Shown here in pieces: positions 57,945-64,000 of a stretch of 64,000 nt of DNA. The stretch's first letter is position 1, and each line of letters begins with the position of its first letter. Made by a program: the position numbers and the translations under genes. The DNA comes from Chloropicon primus. Taxonomy: Eukaryota. The stretch is from assembly GCA_023205875.1 (NCBI GenBank), contig CP060758.1:434001-498000 (forward strand), written 5' to 3'. The notes below the pieces were generated by a model. It had not been told where the DNA came from. It did no database searches and was given only the letters and a program-made list of their open reading frames with translations.

Positions 57945-58414
57945 TCGTTCCCGTGACGTCCTCAATCGTGAGGAATGCGAGCTTTCCAAAGACGCGCTTG
58001 TTCGTAACCCTGCAGCGCACCGCGACCCGGGCGCCGCTCTCCTCCTCCTCCCCAGGCCCCAGCTCGGAGTGCCTCTCCTGCAGCTCCTTGCAGTAGTCCG
58101 TCCTGCCAAAGCCAAAGGGCATGAACCCACTGCTGCTGAGAGGGCTTTGGGTGTCCCTCGCAATCTCCCGAAGAGCGGCCGCCTTCTCGATTTTCGAATT
58201 TTCCTCAGCTCCTCGAGCGAGGAAGTGCTGCTTGCGCCCCCCCGTCACCCTCTTGCTTCTTCTTCTTCTGCTTCTTGCCCTCGCTGACCACTTTCCCGCT
58301 GCCGCTGCCTTTCCCCTCCTCGGCGGCCTTGCCCTCCCCCGTCAGAGCGTCCAGCTTGGCCTTCAGCTCGAGAAGCTTGGCGATCTCGTCCTTGGCGTAG
58401 GAGCTCGGTTTCTC
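57945..58414 (-). pseudogene. Frameshifted fragment of class II lysyl-tRNA synthetase with a WHEP-like helix
   Basis: DEIAKLLELKAKL (WHEP-like). STSSLEELRKIR / IEKAAALRE lie in different frames. GRTDYCKELQERH..RVAVRCRVTNKRVFGKLAFLTIEDVTGTI matches the start of the LysRS anticodon-binding OB fold. Confidence 0.75.
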
Positions 58415-58550
58415 CCCCACGGCGAGCGCAAAGTCCCCGGCGTCGTCCAGGAGCTCCATCTCGGACGCCTGGCTCACGTCGACGTTGAACTCCTGCCTGA
58501 GCTGAGCCACCCGTTCCGAGGACAGGTTGGCCAGGGAGGTGCTCCCCCTC
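58415..58550 (-). pseudogene. Inverted ~135-bp copy of the Sel1 gene segment 55332-55467
   Basis: Nearly identical; about three substitutions by eye. Confidence 0.92.
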
Positions 58551-59077
58551 TCTATTTTCCCTCTCGCGAGCTTCCGCCACCAGCCCAGAGTCTCGTCCGC
58601 CCCAGTCCCCCCCCGGTCGTCGTCGCCGCTCGCCTGCCCAAGCCCCGTCCATTCTCCCAAGCCTCGACCTAACCGCCACGCAGGCGCTGCACCAGAGCGC
58701 CCTCGTCGGAGGAGGGCCACCGCGGAGCCCCGAGGTGCGGCTCCCTCCCCCTCGCCGCGGCGCAGGTCGACGCCACCGCACCGCCTTGGCTCCTGGGACC
58801 TCTCCTCCTCATCGTCCTCGTCCTCGTGGCTCCTCGCCTTGACCTGACCTGGAGCTGGAGCTCCAGACGACAGACGATGAGGAAAAAAAGTCGAAAAAAT
58901 TCATATTTGAAATACTCAACATTTCCACAACTCAAATCTGTAGGTATCCCCTTGTGAGGGCGAGATTTCCTAAATGGAAATTGCGGGATAACGTCTCTTA
59001 TAGAACAGTGATACATCTAGTGCATTTTCGCATCTTTTTTTACAGTTGTCCACGAATCGACTACAGCGTTCGTTGTA

Positions 59078-59197
59078 CCCGGGCGACCCGGGTTCGAGTC
59101 CCGGCGTGGGAAGAATTCCGCTTCCCAACTACGCAGTGTAACAGTACACTCACTGCAATCCCACGTAGTATAGTCTGGTTAGTATACCCGGCTCTCA
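59078..59197 (+). tRNA. Circularly permuted tRNA-Glu(CUC), copy 2 (3' half 59078-59112; spacer 59113-59158; 5' half 59159-59197)
   Basis: Joining the halves gives a 74-nt cloverleaf: acceptor TCCCACG/CGTGGGA+A, D stem GTAT/GTAT, anticodon arm CCCGG-CT-CTC-A|C-CCGGG, T arm CCGGG-TTCGAGT-CCCGG. Confidence 0.88.
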
Positions 59198-59203
59198 AGA
59201 CGC

Positions 59204-59212
59204 TTTTTTTTT
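59204..59212 (+). terminator. RNA polymerase III T9 terminator of the permuted tRNA (mirror copy A9 at 56590-56598)
   Basis: Nine T residues starting 6 nt after the 5' half. Confidence 0.75.
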
Positions 59213-59860
59213 GCCCCGTCTCTCACCGGGTCGAGACGCTTCCAATCCAACGAGCCCTCCCATGGCGCCTGGGTCGCCCTACCGCGCCCGCTAGCCCTCC
59301 ACAAAGGTCTCCTCGCCCTCGAATCCCTCGAATCCCGAATCGAATCCCTTCGGAAGGGAAAAAACCGTAACGGCCGCGCGAGAGGGAAACAAAGCAACGG
59401 GAGGCGACGAGGACGAGCGTGGAAGAAGCGGGAGCAGCACGAGGAGCAGCACGAAAGGAACGGCCTCAAGACGGCGGTGGTGGCGAACAAACGAGAGAGA
59501 ATGGACGACGACGAAGGCGTGGAGGGGAGACCTCCTCGAGCTGCCTCAGAACAAGTCCACTTGTGTTGAAGATCACAAGGCGGGTCCTGGCTTCGCAACC
59601 ACTGCAGAATGTGAAGGTGACCTCCTCGAGCTGCATAAGCACAAGTATTTCATCCAGTGCTGGTGGACCTGATGGTGAAGAAGGCACTCGCCAAGCACTA
59701 AGGCACGTCGTTGTTTCGAAAGCAGCAAGATCTCAGCTTGTTATTACAAGTCAAGCGTTCACGCTTCCCCATGATCAAAAGAATCCCCCCCTCCTTCCCT
59801 CCTCACTCCCTCCTCCCCTATCCCCCTCACTCCTCCCTCCCCCTCCCTCCCCCTACCCCC

Positions 59861-61048
59861 CTATCCTATCTGCTGCTTCTGCTTCGCCAGCCTCCTGAGC
59901 TCCTTCTTCCTCTTGATGATCTCCGAGTACAGCCGGTCCCTGTACTCCGAGATGGTGTACTTGGTGTTGTCGTCGATCGGGATCCGGACCACCTTGGCGC
60001 TCACCGGCTCGTCCGCCTCGTTGTGGAACTGGGCCACGTAGGGGTGCCTCAGCGCCTCCTCGGCCGTGATCCTCTTGTCCGGGTTGAACTCCAGGCACCT
60101 CCGCAGGAGGTCCAGGGCCTCCTGCGGGGCGCCCTTCCCACGGAACAGGTCCTCGAGGGAGCTCGACGCAGCCGCTGTCGCGGGGGCGACCCGGCCGTCC
60201 TTTCTCGGGTCCCCCTCCCTCCTCCCGGACCTCGCCAGGCTCTCCAGCATCGTGGACGCGAACGAGCTCTCGATCGCCTCGACGTCCTCCGCCGAGGGCA
60301 CGCCGATCAGGCCCAGCACCCTGTGCAGCTGGTCCATCGTCGAGGTCCCGGGGAACAGGGGCCTCCCCCCGAGGAGCTCCGCCAGGATGCACCCGGCCGA
60401 CCATATGTCCACCCCGTGCGTGTACCGGGTCGAGCCCAGGAGGATCTCCGGGGCCCGGTACCACCGGGTCGCCACGTAGTCCGTCAGGATGCACGACGAG
60501 CCCTGCAGGAGGTCCCCCCTCCCCTTCCCCTTCTCCCCGCTCGAGACCTGCTCCTCGAGCTGGGCCACGGACCTCGCCAGCCCAAAGTCCGCGAGCTTCA
60601 CGTAGCAGTCGCTCGACAGCAGCAGGTTGCTGGGCTTGATGTCCCGGTGCAGCAGCTGGGCCGTGTGCAGGTACTTGAGCGCCTTCAGGAGCTGGTACAT
60701 GATGTACCGCTTGTGCACGTCCAGCAGGATGTTCGCCCTGATGGCGGCGTGGAGGTCCGTCTCCATGTGCTCGAACACGAGGTAGATGTCCCTGTCGTTG
60801 TCCGCCCTCAGCACGTTCAGGAGTCGTATGATGTTCCCATGGCTGCTTATCTCCTGCAGGAACATGATCTCTCGAAACGTTCTCTGCGCGTCCGTCGCGT
60901 TCTGGAACGCGTCGAAGATCTTCTTCAGCGCAACCACTCGACCCGTCTTCCTCTCCACGGACTTCCACACGATCCCATACGCACCCTTGCCCAGCTTCTG
61001 CTGCACCTCGTACTTCTTCAACACGTGCGAGTCGATCTCCTCCGTCAT
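59861..61048 (-). CDS. MAPK15: MAP kinase 15 (ERK7/8-type)
   Basis: LGKGAYGIVWK, KKIFDAFQNATDAQRTFREI, LTDYVATRWYRAPEILLGS. Confidence 0.92.
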   Translation of the reverse strand: MTEEIDSHVLKKYEVQQKLGKGAYGIVWKSVERKTGRVVALKKIFDAFQNATDAQRTFREIMFLQEISSHGNIIRLLNVLRADNDRDIYLVFEHMETDLHAAIRANILLDVHKRYIMYQLLKALKYLHTAQLLHRDIKPSNLLLSSDCYVKLADFGLARSVAQLEEQVSSGEKGKGRGDLLQGSSCILTDYVATRWYRAPEILLGSTRYTHGVDIWSAGCILAELLGGRPLFPGTSTMDQLHRVLGLIGVPSAEDVEAIESSFASTMLESLARSGRREGDPRKDGRVAPATAAASSSLEDLFRGKGAPQEALDLLRRCLEFNPDKRITAEEALRHPYVAQFHNEADEPVSAKVVRIPIDDNTKYTISEYRDRLYSEIIKRKKELRRLAKQKQQIG

Positions 61049-61616
61049 CGTGTCGCGTCCAAAAAAAAAACGCAAAAAGACAGAGAGACAGAGAGAGGTC
61101 AAAGGGCACACGTTGTCTCACTCACGCCGCTACCGCCCTCGTCCCCTCGTCATTCCTCGATCGCGATCGTCTCGACCCCTGCGCTGCTCCTCTCCTCGGA
61201 CCTCCGCACCCTCGATCCCAACGCCCTAGGAAAACGAACGTCTTTGAACGAATAACCTTTCCTTAACGAAATACGACGCACCTCTCCCACCCACGAGGAT
61301 GCCAGGCAGTGAGGGCCTGAGGCGCGCGCACACCCAAGCATCGTCGTTCCTCCTCCTCCTCGTCTTCGTCCTCCTCGTCTTCGTCCTCCTCGTCTTCGTC
61401 CTCCTCGTCTTCGTCGTCTTCCCTTTGGTACAGGTACACACCAATGACCGATTGTCTTCTTCTCTCCAAAAGAAAAAGAAACCCTCCACCCCAATTTCAA
61501 ACTAAAAAAAAAAATAAAAAAGCAAGCGTCTTTCCCGCCAAGAGGAAAACGTCGCTCCTCTTCTCCTTGTTCTTCTTCTTGTTCTTCTTGCTCTGGTTGT
61601 CTTGGTCACCACCATC

Positions 61617-62972
61617 ATGGCGGAGGAAGGACCCCCTAACAACAACAACAACAATAATGATAATCATGCGTCGTCCTCCTCTGCGACGACGAGGGCGCGG
61701 GTAGGGAGCTTCTTGGAACGGAGGCTCGCACCCATAGCCTCCTCACCGAGCATGGCGTCCTCGTCGTCCCCTTTGGCTTCGCCCATGAGGGGCAAGAGGA
61801 GGAGCACGATGAGGGACGCCCTGAAGCGTTCGGTGGCCAACCTGCAGTACGGCAGGATGCTGAGCAGCGCGGTGAAGGACAAGGACTCTGGTTCGGACAA
61901 GGGCTCCCCAAGCTTGGGAGCCTTCAGGAGGTCGAGCTTCCTCCAAGGCGACAGCTTTCGCGAGGAGGACAAGGAGAACGTGGAGGCCATGCCGAGCGGG
62001 GACGTGTTCGTGATGGGGACGGTGGTGGGCCTGAGGCCGGCGGCGAACAGCGAGCTCGGGGGCTGGGGCAAGAGCCTGTGGTGCGAGTGGAAGGTGGTGA
62101 AGGACGACAAGTGGTCCATCGTCAGGGGAGGGAGGGAGGGCCTCACGCACAAGGCCCTGCCGAGCACGGACGACGGGCTCTACGTGTGGCAGAGCCCCCT
62201 GAACGTGCAGCTGAGGACGAAGACGAGCTTTGATTGGCCAAAGCTGTGTTTCACGATCTTCGAGAGGGACGGCCTCATGTCCACGGACACGGTCTTCGGC
62301 TACTCCCTCGTGTCCCTTCCCATGGAGCCCGGGTACCACCGCCTGGAGGCCAAGTGCTGGCGGCCCACCTCCAGGGTCAAGTGCATCGACTGTGAGTTGA
62401 GCGTGGCTTACACGGGGATCAGGCCGGAGCTGAGGAGCAAAAGTCTGATCTGGCAGAGGGAAGGACCTTACATGAACATGCAGACCGTTGGCATCGGGGC
62501 GATCGAGCTCGAGCTGAACATCGTGTTCTCCAAGGAGATCGACGAGCTCTTCGATATCGAGCTCACCGAGACGGAGGCCAGCAAGTCGTCGCAGGGCGAC
62601 TTGCTGGCGAGCAAAGGGAACGGAGCCTCCTCTCTCGCGGAGGAGCCCCAGAGCGAGGGCCTGAGGATCGTGAGGAGCAGGAGGGGAAAGAGGTTCAACG
62701 AGGTCACTTCGAGCCTTGTGGCCGCGAACATGATGAAGAAATCCGTCGGCAAGAAGTTTGATCCCATGTCCAACCCCGCCTCCCCCTTTCCTTCGAGCCA
62801 GGCGGCCCAGGGGTCCGCGGGAGGCGTCGACTCTGTGCTCTCCCCGGCGGACCAAGCCCGGGCGGACAGGAGGCAAAGAATGCAAGCCCTCATGCAAGAC
62901 AGGGAGCAGAGAAGGGCGGAGCGGGCCCAGAGGAAAAACACCCTCGAGGACCAACCGGGCGACGCGGCTTGA
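61617..62972 (+). CDS. B9-C2 domain protein (ciliary transition-zone family) with long low-complexity extensions
   Basis: LWCEWKVV..WSIVRG..EGLT..VWQSPL..WPKL..GYSLVSLPMEPGYHRLEAKCWRP. Confidence 0.8.
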   Translation: MAEEGPPNNNNNNNDNHASSSSATTRARVGSFLERRLAPIASSPSMASSSSPLASPMRGKRRSTMRDALKRSVANLQYGRMLSSAVKDKDSGSDKGSPSLGAFRRSSFLQGDSFREEDKENVEAMPSGDVFVMGTVVGLRPAANSELGGWGKSLWCEWKVVKDDKWSIVRGGREGLTHKALPSTDDGLYVWQSPLNVQLRTKTSFDWPKLCFTIFERDGLMSTDTVFGYSLVSLPMEPGYHRLEAKCWRPTSRVKCIDCELSVAYTGIRPELRSKSLIWQREGPYMNMQTVGIGAIELELNIVFSKEIDELFDIELTETEASKSSQGDLLASKGNGASSLAEEPQSEGLRIVRSRRGKRFNEVTSSLVAANMMKKSVGKKFDPMSNPASPFPSSQAAQGSAGGVDSVLSPADQARADRRQRMQALMQDREQRRAERAQRKNTLEDQPGDAA

Positions 62973-63427
62973 GGAATGGAGTTCACTGGTAGTGGTGACT
63001 TGACTTGATCGATTGCGAGAAACGATAGATAGAAGCCTTCCTCCTGTAACTTGCACCACCTGCACCCTTCCTCAGAGGGAGGAAAAACACCCTCGAGGAC
63101 CAACCGAGCCTCGACGTCCTCCTTGCGCGTCGTGATGTAATTTTACGCATTTTACGTATCTTCCGAAAAACGATAGAAGCCTCCCCCAACTTGTACCACC
63201 TGCATCCTCCTTCCTCTTGTAACTTGCACCACCTCCTTCCTCCTGTTCCTCCGCCTCCTCTCTCGGGCCTGAGGATCGTGAGGAGCAGGAGGGGAAAGAG
63301 GTTCAACAAGAGGCACTTCGAGCCGCGAACATGACGAAGAAAGCCATTGCACCTCATCCCCCATCTCCCCCTCCCTCCCCCGTCCATTCCTCATTCATTC
63401 TATTCATTCATTCGTCCTCCTCCCGCG

Positions 63428-64000
63428 ATGGCGACGGTGGAGACGATGGCGTCGTCGCAGCACTCCTCCTCCTCCTCCTCATCTTTGGCCGTCAAGGAGG
63501 TCGTATCCTTGCTGGGGAAGACCACGAACGACGTCCTGTCCAGCAAAGATGCTTTCTTGGAGGACCTAAGCGCTTTGCGTAAAGATGTTTCGGCCAAGTC
63601 AGAGAAGAGCACTTCGGTGCTGAACTCCCTGATTCAGACGATAACCGAGGAGGCCCGGTCGAACATAGACCTCGTGAACAAGGTGAACAAACGGAGCGAG
63701 GCCCTTCGGGGCCTCTTCAGAGATATCGAGCAGCTTTGCGAGGAGTCGAGCCAGCTGGTGAATAGGGAGCATGTGACCAAGCTGAGCAGGGCGTCGTATA
63801 ACATCAACAAGACCGTCCAGAACACGGAGGACATCATAGCCATACCCTCCCTCGCTTTGGAGGCCCAGCAGTTCATTCAAGAGGGTCAGGAGAACGAAGA
63901 CGAGGGGGGGGTTGACCTCGTACAGGGTTACGTCGGGATCACGCAGCTCGAGGGAGCGAGCCTTTTCGCCAGGAAGGCCGTCGTGATGCAGCAGGGGGCT
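63428..64000 (+). CDS. SEC6: Exocyst subunit SEC6 (EXOC3); 5' part, runs off the window
   Basis: Manual translation: AVKEVVSLL..LRGLFRDIEQLCEESSQLV..KLSRASYNINKTVQNTEDIIAI..QLEG; collinear with the plant SEC6 N-terminus. Confidence 0.75.
   Translation, partial: MATVETMASSQHSSSSSSSLAVKEVVSLLGKTTNDVLSSKDAFLEDLSALRKDVSAKSEKSTSVLNSLIQTITEEARSNIDLVNKVNKRSEALRGLFRDIEQLCEESSQLVNREHVTKLSRASYNINKTVQNTEDIIAIPSLALEAQQFIQEGQENEDEGGVDLVQGYVGITQLEGASLFARKAVVMQQGA

Larger units (their letters stand above)
58900..59624. repeat. Right arm of the inverted repeat; continues outward into an ankyrin-repeat relic
   Basis: See left arm. The minus strand reads NTCAYAARGGHLHILQWLRSQDPPCD across the outer boundary. 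Confidence 0.95.

Noticed and set aside
59078..59112. Isolated tRNA 3' fragment, pseudogene or SINE head
   Set aside because: The exactly complementary 5' half follows 46 nt downstream, with the break at 37/38 and a terminator, which fits a permuted gene better.
56160..59640. Autonomous DNA transposon
   Set aside because: No transposase, and the flanks (..GGGAGTATCT / CTCGAGCTGC..) show no target-site duplication.

Overview
Gene-dense, GC-rich, intron-poor eukaryotic nuclear DNA from a small green alga. LHCII, LPA1, TL16.5 and plastid DnaJ/MCAT/NAGS genes support this; a Chloropicon-like picoplankter is my inference from gene compactness and the ankyrin family. The window has about 35 protein-coding genes and several frameshifted relics. 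Five genes belong to cilium/basal-body families (BBS7, KIF6-type kinesin-9, CCDC81-like, MAPK15, B9 domain), and four of them sit in two head-to-head pairs. There is one conventional intron-containing tRNA-Val(AAC). The main finding is a circularly permuted tRNA-Glu(CUC) gene (3' half, 46-nt spacer, 5' half, split at 37/38, T9 terminator). It occurs twice, in the ~724-bp arms of a near-perfect inverted repeat (56178-59624). The ~2-kb centre of that repeat is a mosaic of gene fragments (LysRS/WHEP, the neighbouring Sel1 gene, an acyltransferase-3-like C-terminus). Intergenic DNA repeatedly contains short copies of adjacent coding sequence and small tandem duplications. All family calls come from motif recognition by eye, with no database search, and exon boundaries are predictions.
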